From Alphaproteobacteria bacterium (GTDB lineage: Bacteria; Pseudomonadota; Alphaproteobacteria; GCA-2731375): a stretch of 64,000 nt of DNA. Each line of letters begins with the position of its first letter. Within the stretch, counting starts at the first letter, position 1. The notes beneath the pieces were generated by a model. That model ran no database searches. It worked only from the letters and a program-made list of their open reading frames with translations, and was not told the DNA's origin. The translations under genes and the position numbers were made by a program. The DNA is taken from assembly GCA_965225945.1 (NCBI GenBank), contig CBDDBZ010000039.1, forward strand, positions 96,001 to 160,000. Reading direction: 5' to 3'. Of the stretch, positions 54,218 to 64,000 are shown in pieces.

Positions 54218-56290
54218 ATGTGGCGGATGGCCTTCGACATCGGCGGGACCTTCGCCAATTTCGTGCTGGCGGGCACCGACCGGCCGCCCCGCTTCCTGAA
54301 ACTGGCGACCACGCCCGACGATCCGGCCCGCGCCGTGCTCCAGGGCTTCGAGCGCCTGCTGGCGGAGGCGGGCGTCGAGGCGGCGGCACTCTCGACCGTG
54401 CTGCACGCCACCACCGTCGCCACCAACGCCATCATTGAGCGCAAGGGGAGCCCGACCGCGCTGATCACCACGGCGGGTTTCCGCGACGTGCTGATCATCG
54501 GCCGGCAGAAGCGCTACGAGACCTATGATCTGCATATGGAAAAGCCGCCGCCGCTGGTGCCGAGGCGGGCGATCGTGGAGGTGAGGGAACGGCTGGCGCC
54601 CGACGGCACGGTCGAGGTGCCGCTCGACATGGCGTCGGTCGATTCCGCGATTTCGGCGGTGCTGGCCCAGGGCGCGGAGTCGGTCGCCGTGGCGTTGCTG
54701 CACGCCTATGCCGAGCCGGCGCACGAGGAGGCGATCGCCGAGCGCCTGGCGCTGCGGGCGCCGGGCTTGCCGGTCTCGCTCTCCTCGACGATTTCGCCGA
54801 AGTTCCGCGAATACGAGCGGACCAGCACCACGGTCGCCAACGCCTACGTCCGGCCGATCGTGCGCGATTACGTGGGCCGGCTGCAAGCGGCGCTGGCGGC
54901 GCGGGGTTTCGCCGACGCGTTCTTCATCATGCAGTCGGCGGGTGGCCTGATCTCGCCGGAGATCGCGGAGGCGGAGCCGGTCCGAATCATCGAATCCGGG
55001 CCCGCCGCCGGCGTGCTGATGAGCGCCGAGGTCGGTCGTGGCGCCGGCGAGGACCACGTCATTACCTTCGACATGGGCGGAACCACGGCGAAGCTCGGCG
55101 CCGTCGAGGGGGGCGAGCCTGCGGTCACCCAGACCTTCGAGATCGATCCCGTCCGCTACCGGCCAGGAAGCGGACTGCCGATCAACGTGCCTTCGGTCGA
55201 GCTGCTGGAGATCGGCGCCGGCGGCGGCTCGATCGCGCGGGCCGACTTCGGCGTGATCCACGTCGGACCGGAGAGCGCCGGGGCCGATCCGGGGCCGATC
55301 TGCTATGCCCGGGGCGGGACCCGGCCGACGGTGAGCGATGCCAACCTGGTGCTCGGCTATCTGAACCCCGACTATTTCAACGCCGGCGAGATGCGCCTGG
55401 ACCTGGAAGCGGCGCGAGCCGGGGTCCGACGGGATATCGCGCGGCCGCTGGATCTCGACGTCGAGCGGGCGGCCTGGGGCGTGCATGCGGCCGCCAACGC
55501 CAACATGGAGCGCGCGATGCGCATCGTCTCGGTGGAACGGGGGCGGGACCCGCGCCGCTTCGCCATCGTCGCCTTCGGCGGCGCCGGTCCCTTGCACGCG
55601 GCCAGGCTCGCCAAGGCCTTGGGCGCGCCCCGGGTGATCGTGCCCTTCGGCGCCGGCGTCGGCTCCGCCGTCGGCCTGCTCGGCGCCGCGCCCCGAATCG
55701 AGACCTCGACCACCCGGGTGCTGAGGCTCGAGGACGGCGTGGAAGGGCTGATCGGCGAGATTTACACCGGCCTGGAGGCGCGGGCCTTGGCCGACATCGT
55801 CCGCCTCGGCGTGCCGGGCCCGCCCACCTGGCGGCGCGCCGGCTATTTCCGCTATCTGGGTCAGGGCTACGAAATCCGCGCTGAATGGCCCGCAGCGCCG
55901 ATCGAGGCGGGCTATGCGGCGGCGCTCAGGGAGGCTTTCCACACGGCCTATGAGGCGAACTACGGCTACCGCGACGAAAGCGCCGAGATCGAGGCCGTCG
56001 ACTGGCACCTCGTCGCTGCCTTCGAGGCGGCGGGCACCGGCCTCGACCTCGGCTGGCGGCCGCGCGCCGGCGAGACCCCGCCGGCGGGTGATCGACCGGC
56101 TTGGTTCGAGGAGACCGGAGGCTTCACCGCCACGCGGGTGCTGGACCGCGCCGGGCTCGCCGCCGGGGCCGAGATCGAGGGGCCGGCTATCGTCGAGGAG
56201 GCGGAAGCGACCAGCTTAGTGCCGCCCGGCATGACGGCGCGGATCGACGCGCGCGGCAACCTGGTGATCGAGACGGGAGTGGAGAGATGA
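54218..56290 (+). CDS. Hydantoinase/oxoprolinase subunit A
   Basis: DIGGTF, HATTVATNA, ESGPAAG, DMGGT, GAGGGS, SAGADPGP. Confidence 0.9.
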   Translation: MWRMAFDIGGTFANFVLAGTDRPPRFLKLATTPDDPARAVLQGFERLLAEAGVEAAALSTVLHATTVATNAIIERKGSPTALITTAGFRDVLIIGRQKRYETYDLHMEKPPPLVPRRAIVEVRERLAPDGTVEVPLDMASVDSAISAVLAQGAESVAVALLHAYAEPAHEEAIAERLALRAPGLPVSLSSTISPKFREYERTSTTVANAYVRPIVRDYVGRLQAALAARGFADAFFIMQSAGGLISPEIAEAEPVRIIESGPAAGVLMSAEVGRGAGEDHVITFDMGGTTAKLGAVEGGEPAVTQTFEIDPVRYRPGSGLPINVPSVELLEIGAGGGSIARADFGVIHVGPESAGADPGPICYARGGTRPTVSDANLVLGYLNPDYFNAGEMRLDLEAARAGVRRDIARPLDLDVERAAWGVHAAANANMERAMRIVSVERGRDPRRFAIVAFGGAGPLHAARLAKALGAPRVIVPFGAGVGSAVGLLGAAPRIETSTTRVLRLEDGVEGLIGEIYTGLEARALADIVRLGVPGPPTWRRAGYFRYLGQGYEIRAEWPAAPIEAGYAAALREAFHTAYEANYGYRDESAEIEAVDWHLVAAFEAAGTGLDLGWRPRAGETPPAGDRPAWFEETGGFTATRVLDRAGLAAGAEIEGPAIVEEAEATSLVPPGMTARIDARGNLVIETGVER

Positions 56291-57966
56291 AGCAAGAGGT
56301 GGATCCGGTGACCCTGACGGTGGTCTGGAACGGCCTCCTGTCGATCGCCGAGGAGATGGGCTCGACGCTGCGCCGCACCGCCTTCTCTGAAGCGGTTCGC
56401 GAGGGCGATGATTTCTCGACCGGCCTCTTCGATCGACGGGCGCGCTTGGTCGCGCAGGGCAATTTCACGCCCGGCCATCTCGGCTCCATGCCCTATGTGA
56501 TTCAGAGCATGCTGGAATATTTTCCGCCCCAAGGCCTGCTGCCGGGTGATGCGATTCTGATGAACGATTCCCAGCTCGGCTCCGGTCACTTCCCCGACTG
56601 CTTCCTGGCCAGCCCGGTCTTTCTCGGGGACGAACTGATGGGCTTCGTCGTCAACACCGCGCACCATATCGACGTCGGCGGCGCCGCGCCGGGCTCGCAG
56701 CGCGTTCACGGCGTCACCGAGGCGTTTCAGGAAGGCCTCCGCATTCTGCCGGTGCGGATCGTCCGCGCGGGCGCCTTCGATGCCGACCTCCTGCGCATGA
56801 TCCTCGCCAACGTCCGGATGCCGGCGAAGGTGGAAGGCGATCTCCGCGCGCAACTGAACGCCAATCGGGTGGGCGCGCGGCGCTACGCCCGCATATACGC
56901 CGAGCAGGGCGCGGCGGTCATGGAAGCGGCGTTCGAAGCCATCCTGAGCCATACCGAGGCGCGGATGCGGGAGCTGATCGGGGAGATCCCTGATGGGGTC
57001 TATTCCTTCGACGATTTGCTGGACGATTACGGCCCCGGCACCGAGGCGATCGCGGTCGCGGTCGACGTCACGGTCGCCGGCGACGATATCGAGGTCGACT
57101 TCTCCCGCTCCAGCGATTCCGTGCCGGCGGCGATCAACTCCTACCTTAACTACACCCGGGCCTACACGGTCTTCGCGGTCAAGGTGTTCTCCGACGCGCT
57201 GTTGCCACAGAACGAGGGCGGGATGCGGCCGATCCGGACCGTGGCGCGAGAGGGCTGCTTCTTCAACCCGACCTTCCCCGCCGCCAGCGGCGGCCGCGCG
57301 GCGGTGCAGATCCGCATCTTCGACGCCATCAACGGGGCGCTGGCCCAGGCTCTGCCTCATCGCGCCATGGGTGCCTTCTCGCACTGGAGCAACCCCAACA
57401 TCGGCGGCATCGACGATGCCACCGGCAAGCCCTTCGTGATGTACGACCTCGCCTTCGCCGGCTATGGCGGGCGGGCCGACAAGGACGGCGCCGAAGCGCT
57501 GGCGCCGGTGATGAACTGCCGCAACATTCCGGTCGAGGTGCACGAGACCAACAATCCGGTGCGCATCCACCGCCTGGAACTGATCCGCGATTCCGGCGGC
57601 GCCGGGCGCCATCGGGGCGGCTCGGGGCTGCGCAAGGACGTGGAGCTGCTGGCCGCCGAGGCGACCATCACACTGCTCGGCGACCGCCATCTGAACGCGC
57701 CCTATGGCCTCTTCGGTGGCCATCCGAGCACCAAGGCCGAGACGGTGCTGAACCCCGACGGCGAGGCGGTTCGGCTCGGCTCCAAGGAGGTGCGCCACCT
57801 GAAGCGCGGCGACGTGGTGAGCTTCCGCCTCTCCGGCGCCGGCGGCTACGGCGATCCGGCCGAACGCGACCCCGAGGCGGTGCGCCGCGACGTGGCGGAC
57901 GGCTACGTCTCCGAGACTCGGGCGCGCGAGATCTACGGCCTCGATCCGAATGGGCAAGGAGAGTGA
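56287..57966 (+). CDS. Hydantoinase B/oxoprolinase subunit
   Basis: RTAFS, GHFPD, HHIDVGG, DSGGAGRHRGG, GGYGDP. Confidence 0.9.
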   Translation: MKQEVDPVTLTVVWNGLLSIAEEMGSTLRRTAFSEAVREGDDFSTGLFDRRARLVAQGNFTPGHLGSMPYVIQSMLEYFPPQGLLPGDAILMNDSQLGSGHFPDCFLASPVFLGDELMGFVVNTAHHIDVGGAAPGSQRVHGVTEAFQEGLRILPVRIVRAGAFDADLLRMILANVRMPAKVEGDLRAQLNANRVGARRYARIYAEQGAAVMEAAFEAILSHTEARMRELIGEIPDGVYSFDDLLDDYGPGTEAIAVAVDVTVAGDDIEVDFSRSSDSVPAAINSYLNYTRAYTVFAVKVFSDALLPQNEGGMRPIRTVAREGCFFNPTFPAASGGRAAVQIRIFDAINGALAQALPHRAMGAFSHWSNPNIGGIDDATGKPFVMYDLAFAGYGGRADKDGAEALAPVMNCRNIPVEVHETNNPVRIHRLELIRDSGGAGRHRGGSGLRKDVELLAAEATITLLGDRHLNAPYGLFGGHPSTKAETVLNPDGEAVRLGSKEVRHLKRGDVVSFRLSGAGGYGDPAERDPEAVRRDVADGYVSETRAREIYGLDPNGQGE

Positions 57967-57967
57967 C

Positions 57968-58489
57968 ATGGAAGGGGGCCGAATCGCGCCCTATCGCGGC
58001 ATCTGGCCGGTCATCGGCGAGGGCTGTTTCGTGGCCCCCGGCGCGGTCATCGTCGGCGACGTGCATCTGGCCGAGGGGGCGAGCGTCTGGTTCGGTTGCG
58101 TCATCCGGGGCGACGATCACCACGTCAGGATCGGCGCCCGGTGCAACATCCAGGACGGCACCATCATCCACGTCACCCCCGACGAGAATCCGACGCTGAT
58201 CGGCGACGACGTTACCATCGGCCACGGCGCCAGGTTGCACGGCTGCAGCGTCGGGGCAGGGGCGTTGATCGGCATCGGCGCCATCGTGCTCGACGGCGCC
58301 GTGGTGGAGGCGGGCGCGATGGTCGCGGCGGGCGCGCTCGTCACGCCCGGAAAGCGCGTCGGGTCGGGCGAACTTTGGGCCGGCAATCCCGCGCGCTTGC
58401 TACGCGAGCTCCGTGACGAGGACCGCGAATTCATGACCTGGGACGTCGCCCACTACCTGGGCCTCGCACGCGAGTATCTGGAAATGTAA
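57968..58489 (+). CDS. Gamma-class carbonic anhydrase family protein
   Basis: Hexapeptide repeats, IRGD, NIQDGTIIH, IGHGARLHGC. Confidence 0.9.
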   Translation: MEGGRIAPYRGIWPVIGEGCFVAPGAVIVGDVHLAEGASVWFGCVIRGDDHHVRIGARCNIQDGTIIHVTPDENPTLIGDDVTIGHGARLHGCSVGAGALIGIGAIVLDGAVVEAGAMVAAGALVTPGKRVGSGELWAGNPARLLRELRDEDREFMTWDVAHYLGLAREYLEM

Positions 58490-58516
58490 CCCGACCGCCC
58501 CGCCGGGGCGTCGCCA

Positions 58517-59056
58517 TCAGCTCTCGCGGGCGGGCGGGCGCGCCTTGGCGGCGAGGCGCTGGGCGCAGACGCGGCTCGACATCGGCTCGCCGCCCCGGTC
58601 CAGGGCCTCGACATGGGCCACCGCCGTGCCGACGCCCGCAGAGTCGGCATAGAGGAAGATGTGGAGCACGCAGCTCGAGCCGACGTACTGCCAGACCTCG
58701 GCCGGCGGATCGCGCCGCTTCAAGGTCGGCGCGCCGAAGACGCCGACCAGCTCGCCGGCGCCGAGCCCGACCAGACGGCGGGGCGGCGGCGGGCGGGTGA
58801 TCACGGCCGTGCTGGTGGCCGGCGCGCCTGCGCTCGGCGGGTTCGCGCTCGAGGCTGTCGCCGTCGTCTCGGTGGGGGTCGCGGTTCCCGCGGTTGGTCG
58901 CGCCGGGTCGTCGGCGAAACCGAGGCAGCCGGCGAGTACCAGGGCCGGCGCCACGCGGGGGAGCGCGCGCCGAACAGCGTCACGCCGCCCCGCGCCGCCG
59001 GTCTCCGTGCTTGCTTCCGATCGGATCGGACGGGTCGGTACCCGCGCCTCGCGCAC
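58517..59056 (-). CDS. Hypothetical lipoprotein
   Basis: LAGC lipobox; GAP..RRDPPAEVWQY..CVLHIFLY. Confidence 0.6.
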   Translation of the reverse strand: MREARVPTRPIRSEASTETGGAGRRDAVRRALPRVAPALVLAGCLGFADDPARPTAGTATPTETTATASSANPPSAGAPATSTAVITRPPPPRRLVGLGAGELVGVFGAPTLKRRDPPAEVWQYVGSSCVLHIFLYADSAGVGTAVAHVEALDRGGEPMSSRVCAQRLAAKARPPARES

Positions 59057-59059
59057 CGG

Positions 59060-59580
59060 CTAACCGTCGAGGGTGTTCATGTTGCCGATGATGACGCCCC
59101 CCGGCTCCACGGCAAGCTGGCTGTAACGGACGTCGCCCTGAATGCGGCCGCTACCTTGCACCACGAGCTGACCGCGCACGGTGAGCTGGCCCTCGAAGAG
59201 GCCGCCGACCACCGCCTCCTCGACCTCGACCATGCCCTTGAAGACGCCACCGTCGCCGATGATGATCGTATGGCATTCCTTCAGGTCGGCCTCGACCCGG
59301 CCGTCCACCACCAGCTTGTCGCAGGCGTTGATGGAACCGCTCAGCACGATTTCGTGGCCGACCACGAGGGCCTTGCCGTCGCCGTCACCGGACGCGGACG
59401 CCTGGGCGGGCGGGCTCGGAGCTCGGGCGGCGCAGGCGCAGGCGCCGGCTCGGCCGCGGCCTCCTCGGCCGCGTTCTCCTCGGCCGGCGGATCGTCGTCG
59501 ACGTTCCGACTGCCACCAACGATGCTTCGAATGCGCCGTGAAATTTCGGGCCTGACGCCGCCGTCGTCATTGTCCGACAT
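59060..59580 (-). pseudogene. Bactofilin (polymer-forming cytoskeletal protein), apparent frameshift near 59400-59430
   Basis: LVVGHEIVLSGSINACDKLVVDGRVE domain out of frame with the MSDNDD N-terminus. Confidence 0.7.
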
Positions 59581-59644
59581 ATCGCTCTTCCCCCGCCATC
59601 GGGCGCTCGACCGCCCTCATCGATCACCGTCCCGCGCGACCGAT

Positions 59645-60361
59645 TCAGGCCGGCGCGCGAGCCGCGAGAGTCTTGAAGACATGCACCATGGCCGACGTGG
59701 CGACCAGCGGCGCCAGCAGGTTGACGATCGGGATCGTCATCACGAAGGCGATGACGACGCCCGTCAGAAACAACCTGAAGCCGCCCTTTCGGCGCGCGGG
59801 CCCGATTGCTTCGGGCGCCAAATGCCTCGAACTCACGAACTCGAAATACTCACGACTAAAAAGATATCCGTTGATCGCATAGAAAACAACAAGATTTAAG
59901 ATCGGAATCAAAAGTAGAGGCAAGTAGAGAATCAGGGCAATTACATTCAGCACTATCATGACGACAGAGAACTTGAGCGACAGCATGAAGGAAGCGCGCA
60001 TCGACAGCCCCTTGCCCGGGGGATCGTTCGGGTAATGGCGCGCCTCGACGGCGGCGGCGATTTCGTCCAGAAACAAACTGGTGAAGAGCGATGAGACCGC
60101 GGGAAACAGCAGGAACAGCGCGATCACCAGTACCACCTTGCCGACGGCTTCGGCGTAGGGCGAGAAATCGACCTCGTAGAGCCACAACAATTCGAAGGTC
60201 CAGGCGGCGGGGTCGTCCGGCATCACCCAATCGAGCATCGCGCTGGCGAGGACGTAAACGACGATGAAGACGGCGAGGGTGAGACCGACGGACTTTATCA
60301 GCACCGCGCGGAAGGTTGGGTCTGGGAGCTGTTCGATCGCCTTGATGAAGGCTTGCAGCAT
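59645..60361 (-). CDS. EI24/CysZ-like membrane protein
   Basis: FLDEIAAAVEARHYP, NGYLFSREYFE, IPIVNLLAP. Confidence 0.8.
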   Translation of the reverse strand: MLQAFIKAIEQLPDPTFRAVLIKSVGLTLAVFIVVYVLASAMLDWVMPDDPAAWTFELLWLYEVDFSPYAEAVGKVVLVIALFLLFPAVSSLFTSLFLDEIAAAVEARHYPNDPPGKGLSMRASFMLSLKFSVVMIVLNVIALILYLPLLLIPILNLVVFYAINGYLFSREYFEFVSSRHLAPEAIGPARRKGGFRLFLTGVVIAFVMTIPIVNLLAPLVATSAMVHVFKTLAARAPA

Positions 60362-60379
60362 GACGCGGGCGCTCCGGAT

Positions 60380-61812
60380 TCAGCCGTCGTGACGGACGAT
60401 CGGGTCGATCGGCACCCGCTGGGCGAGGCCGAGCACCTCCTCCAGCCGGGCCGCGGCACCAAGCAACGCCGCATCCTCGCGCGGCGGGCCGACGAGCTGC
60501 AGGCCGACCGGTAGGCCGGCGGCGGTGAAGCCGCAGGGCAACGACACCGCCGGCAGGCGGTCAGGGTGGGGAGATAGGTCAGCATCAGCCAATCGACATA
60601 GTTGTCGAAGCGTTCCCCCGCAACCGTTTCGAGATAGCGTATGTCGACGTCGAAGGGGGCGGCCATCACGGTCGGGCAGCAGAGAATGTCGAAGCGCCGG
60701 AAGAAGTCGACAATGCGGTGATAGAGCGCGCCCCGCTCGCGTTCCGCCCGGGCGGCATCGCCGGTGCTCTGTGCCATTCCCTTCTCGATGTTCCAAATCA
60801 CCTCGGGCTTCAGTTGCGCGCGATAATTTTCCAGTAGCGGAGCCCGCGCCAGCACGTAGCCGTGGGCGCGCAGCGCCTGGAAGATCTCGCGGCCGCCGGA
60901 GAAATCCGGCGTCGCCGCCTCGACCTCGGCGCCGGCCTCTTCGAAGCGAAGCGCCGCTTTCTCGGCAATCTCGCGGACCTCCGGCTCGACCGGTGCCAAC
61001 CCCAGATCGGCCGACCAAGCGACCCGCGTCGGCGGCGGGCCGGTCTCGGCGGCCTCGCGGAAGGCCGTCTCGGGTGCCGGCAGCGAGATGGGGTCGGACC
61101 TGTGCGCGCCCGCCATCGCGTCCAGCATCAGCGCCACGTCGGCGACGTTGCGGGCCATCGGTCCCTCGACCGAGAGCGTGTCGAAGGGCGCCAGAGCGGG
61201 ACCGCGGGCGACCCGGCCCGGACTCGGCCGGTAGCCGACGATCGAGCAGAACGACCCCGGGATGCGGAGCGAGCCGCCGAGGTCGCTGCCGTGCGCGAGC
61301 GCCACCTGGCCCGTGGCCAGCGCCGTGGCGCTGCCGCCGGAGGAGCCGCCGCAGGTCATCCGCGTATCCCACGGGTTGCGGGTGGCGCCGAAGACCTCGT
61401 TGAAGGTGTTGGCGCCGGCGCCGAACTCGGGCGTGTTGGATTTGCCGATGACGATGGCGCCGTTGGCCTCGAGCCGCTCGACCAGGATGTCGGAGCTCTC
61501 GGGCACGGAATCGGCGAAAATCGGGGAGCCTCGGGTCGTGCGCACGCCGGCGACGTCGACGAGGTCCTTGATCGCCACCGGTAGGCCATGAAGGTAGCCG
61601 GGGCCCGGTGCTTGGCGAGGGCCCGAAGCCTCCATGCGACGGGCCTGCTCGAGCGCCCTCTCGCGGCAGAGCGTCACCATGGCGTTGACCGGGCCGTTGG
61701 TCGTCTCGATGCGATGGTAGCTCGCTTCCACCAGCTCGCTCGGCGCGAGTTCTCTTCGGCCGAGGAGGTCCACCGCCGCCCGCGCGGTCAGCCGCCAGAG
61801 ATCCTCGCGCAT
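60380..61812 (-). pseudogene. Amidase with a 1-bp deletion near 60553
   Basis: GGSSGGS, GSDLGGSLRIP; C-terminal PAVSLPCG..GLPVGLQLVG lies in another frame. Confidence 0.8.
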
Positions 61813-62005
61813 GCGAATTCGGGCTCCCGAGCCGGGCATCGTCCGACCCGACCGAATAGTCGATCGGTTACGCCCGAGCGGACAAGGGTCGAGGCTTCGC
61901 CACTATGCCCGCTGGCCGAATCGTTGTACAGGCGGGGCGAGTGTCTCGGATGCGCGCCGGGAACTATACTCGACCGAGGCCGCCAGACGAGGGAAGGGCC
62001 GCCCC

Positions 62006-63004
62006 ATGGCGAACGGTGACACGGACGTACTCGCGATCGGGAACGCCATTGTCGACGTGCTCGCGCACGCCGAGGAAGTCTTCCTCGCCGAGCAGGGCCT
62101 GGAGAAGGGGGCGATGACCCTGATCGACGCCGAGACGGCGGAGAGGCTTTACGATCTCATGGGTCCGGGCGTCGAATGCTCGGGCGGTTCCGCCGCCAAC
62201 ACGGTCGCCGGCGTGGCCGGCTTCGGCGGCAGCGCCGCCTATATCGGCAAGGTCCGGGACGACGAACTGGGCCGTATCTTCCGCCACGACATTCGGGCCG
62301 CGGGCGTCGCCTTCGATACCGCGCCGGCGCGGGACGGTCCGCCGACCGCCCGCTGCCTGGTCCTGGTGACGCCGGACGCGCAACGCACCATGCACACCTA
62401 CCTCGGCGCCTGCGTGGAGCTGACGCCGGGGGATATCGATCCCGACCGGGTCCGGGCGTCGAAAGTCACCTATCTCGAGGGCTACCTCTGGGATCCGCCC
62501 CGGGCCAAGGAAGCCTTCCTGTCGGCGATCGAGATCGCCCACGGGGCCGGGCGCAAGGTGGCTCTCACGCTCAGCGACAATTTTTGTGTCGAGCGCCACC
62601 GCCAGGAGTTTCGCGATCTCGTCGACGATCACGTCGATCTGCTGTTCGCCAACGAGGACGAGATCATGGCGCTCTACGAGGTCGATACGTTCGATGCCGC
62701 CTTGCAGGCGGTGCGGGGCCGGGTCGAGGTCGCGGCGCTGACCCGCTCGGAGCGCGGCTCGGTGATCCTCGGGCCGGAGGCGGTACACGTGGTGGATGCG
62801 GATACCGCGCCGATCGTGGTCGACACGACCGGCGCCGGCGATCTCTATGCCGCGGGCTTCCTGCACGGCTTCACGCGGGGCCTGGATCTCGCCCACTGCG
62901 GCCGTCTGGGCGGCGTCGCGGCGGCGGAGGTGATCGCTCACATGGGGGCTCGCCCCGACCGATCGCTGGCCGAGGTGGCGCGCGAGCGGCTCGGCACGGC
63001 GTGA
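62006..63004 (+). CDS. PfkB-family (adenosine kinase-like) kinase
   Basis: IGNAIVD, GGSAANT, LFANE, DTTGAGD. Confidence 0.9.
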   Translation: MANGDTDVLAIGNAIVDVLAHAEEVFLAEQGLEKGAMTLIDAETAERLYDLMGPGVECSGGSAANTVAGVAGFGGSAAYIGKVRDDELGRIFRHDIRAAGVAFDTAPARDGPPTARCLVLVTPDAQRTMHTYLGACVELTPGDIDPDRVRASKVTYLEGYLWDPPRAKEAFLSAIEIAHGAGRKVALTLSDNFCVERHRQEFRDLVDDHVDLLFANEDEIMALYEVDTFDAALQAVRGRVEVAALTRSERGSVILGPEAVHVVDADTAPIVVDTTGAGDLYAAGFLHGFTRGLDLAHCGRLGGVAAAEVIAHMGARPDRSLAEVARERLGTA

Positions 63005-63020
63005 GTCGGCCCGGCGCGAG

Positions 63021-63191
63021 AAGCAGTTCGGCGGCGAACTGGTGATCTCGCCCGAGGTGGCGGCGCGCGCGCGCCTGGGCGTCTCCGCCTTTCCGGCCCA
63101 TGCGATCGAAATCCGAGGCCTCCGCGAGCCCTTGGCGGTGCACGCCATTGCCCACGCGAGCGACTTGCCGGAAGCGGTCCCCGCGCCCTGA
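63021..63191 (+). pseudogene. C-terminal remnant resembling a class III nucleotide cyclase
   Basis: KQFGGELVISPEV..IEIRGLREPLAV with no start or upstream catalytic part. Confidence 0.45.
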
Positions 63192-63225
63192 GTCGCGAGC
63201 GGCCAGGGTCCTATCATGTCTCTTG

Positions 63226-64000
63226 CTATTGCCGCTGGAGCGTGGACCGCGCCTCCGCCACCACTTCGAGATGCCGTTCGTGATCGCCGGCGAACCTCAG
63301 CACCAGATGGCTGGCGCCGGCCGCGACGTAGCCGTCGAGCCATGCGCCGAGGCCCTGGGCCGGGCCGGCATAGCAAGCCTGCCGCCGCTTCAGGAGTGCG
63401 GCCGGTTGCCCGTAGTAGTCCTCCAGATAGGAATCGACACGGGCTTCGGCCCGCGCCGCGTCGTCGTCGAGTGCGAGGGTCAGATAGACCGCCCCCACCA
63501 CCGCGTCCGGATTGCGCCCGGCCTCCTCGGCGTGGGCACGGACGGAACGCCACTGGGCGCCCCAACCTTGCGCGTCGGGGCCGGTCGGGAACCAGCCGTC
63601 CATGTGGCGCCCGGCGCGCCTCAACGCTCCCGGGAAGGAGCCGCCACCCCAGATCGGCGGGCCGCCCTCGCGATGCGGCGTCGGGCCTAGCATGGCGCCC
63701 TCGAGCCGCCAGCGGCCGTCCCAATCCACCCGCTCGCCCGACCAGAGGGCTCGGCAGAGCCGCAAACCCTCCATCATCCGGCCGATCCGCTTCTCGAACG
63801 GCACGCCGGCGGCGGTAAATTCGGCACGGATGTTGGCGACGTCCGCGGCAATGCCGACGCCCAGGATCAGCCGCCCCTCGCTCAAGCGGTCGAGCGTGGC
63901 GACCTGATGCGCCAGCAGCACGGGATTGCGGAGCGCCGGCAGCAGCACGGCGGTGCCGAGCGCGATGGCGCCGACCCGACCGGCGACGGCCGCCAGCAGC
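63226..64000 (-). CDS. LLM-class flavin-dependent oxidoreductase (5' part beyond the window)
   Basis: RNPVLLAHQVATLDRLSEGRLILGVG, GPPIWGGG. Confidence 0.85.
   Translation of the reverse strand, partial: LLAAVAGRVGAIALGTAVLLPALRNPVLLAHQVATLDRLSEGRLILGVGIAADVANIRAEFTAAGVPFEKRIGRMMEGLRLCRALWSGERVDWDGRWRLEGAMLGPTPHREGGPPIWGGGSFPGALRRAGRHMDGWFPTGPDAQGWGAQWRSVRAHAEEAGRNPDAVVGAVYLTLALDDDAARAEARVDSYLEDYYGQPAALLKRRQACYAGPAQGLGAWLDGYVAAGASHLVLRFAGDHERHLEVVAEARSTLQRQ

Noticed and set aside
52331-56290. 1319-aa ORF as a fusion protein
   Set aside because: The first 629 codons are an off-frame overlap of the GMC gene; hydantoinase homology begins at 54218.

Overview
GC-rich alphaproteobacterial chromosomal segment (inferred from the hisB-DUF2628-hisH-hisA-hisF and aroQ-accB-accC clusters, a thiS-thiG fusion and tRNA-Arg(CCG)) showing heavy IS expansion and gene decay. 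Positions 1-10.2 kb are a nest of mobile DNA: IS630 end, IS256, a 5'-truncated class C group II intron, an IS66 remnant, an IS3-type element, and an IS91-like transposase + tyrosine recombinase element itself disrupted by IS21. The rest is housekeeping and catabolic genes with five more insertions whose ends and target duplications can be read directly, and several amber or frameshift lesions. Main unexplained signal: about 1.25 kb (47.19-48.43 kb) with no credible ORF but at least 12 hairpins carrying UUCG/CUCG/GNRA loops, nested long-range helices and G-U pairs that work only on the + strand, i.e. a candidate large structured ncRNA. It lies downstream of phased DnaA-like boxes and a CtrA-like box that an IS4 has split. 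Also notable: a transposase-less element with perfect 43-bp TIRs containing NrdR-box-like palindromes, a degraded SDH-like/fumarase-like operon with Cys at the FAD-attachment His position, and CTAG-bounded mini-elements. All product calls are from motif recognition by eye; no database searches or folding programs were run.
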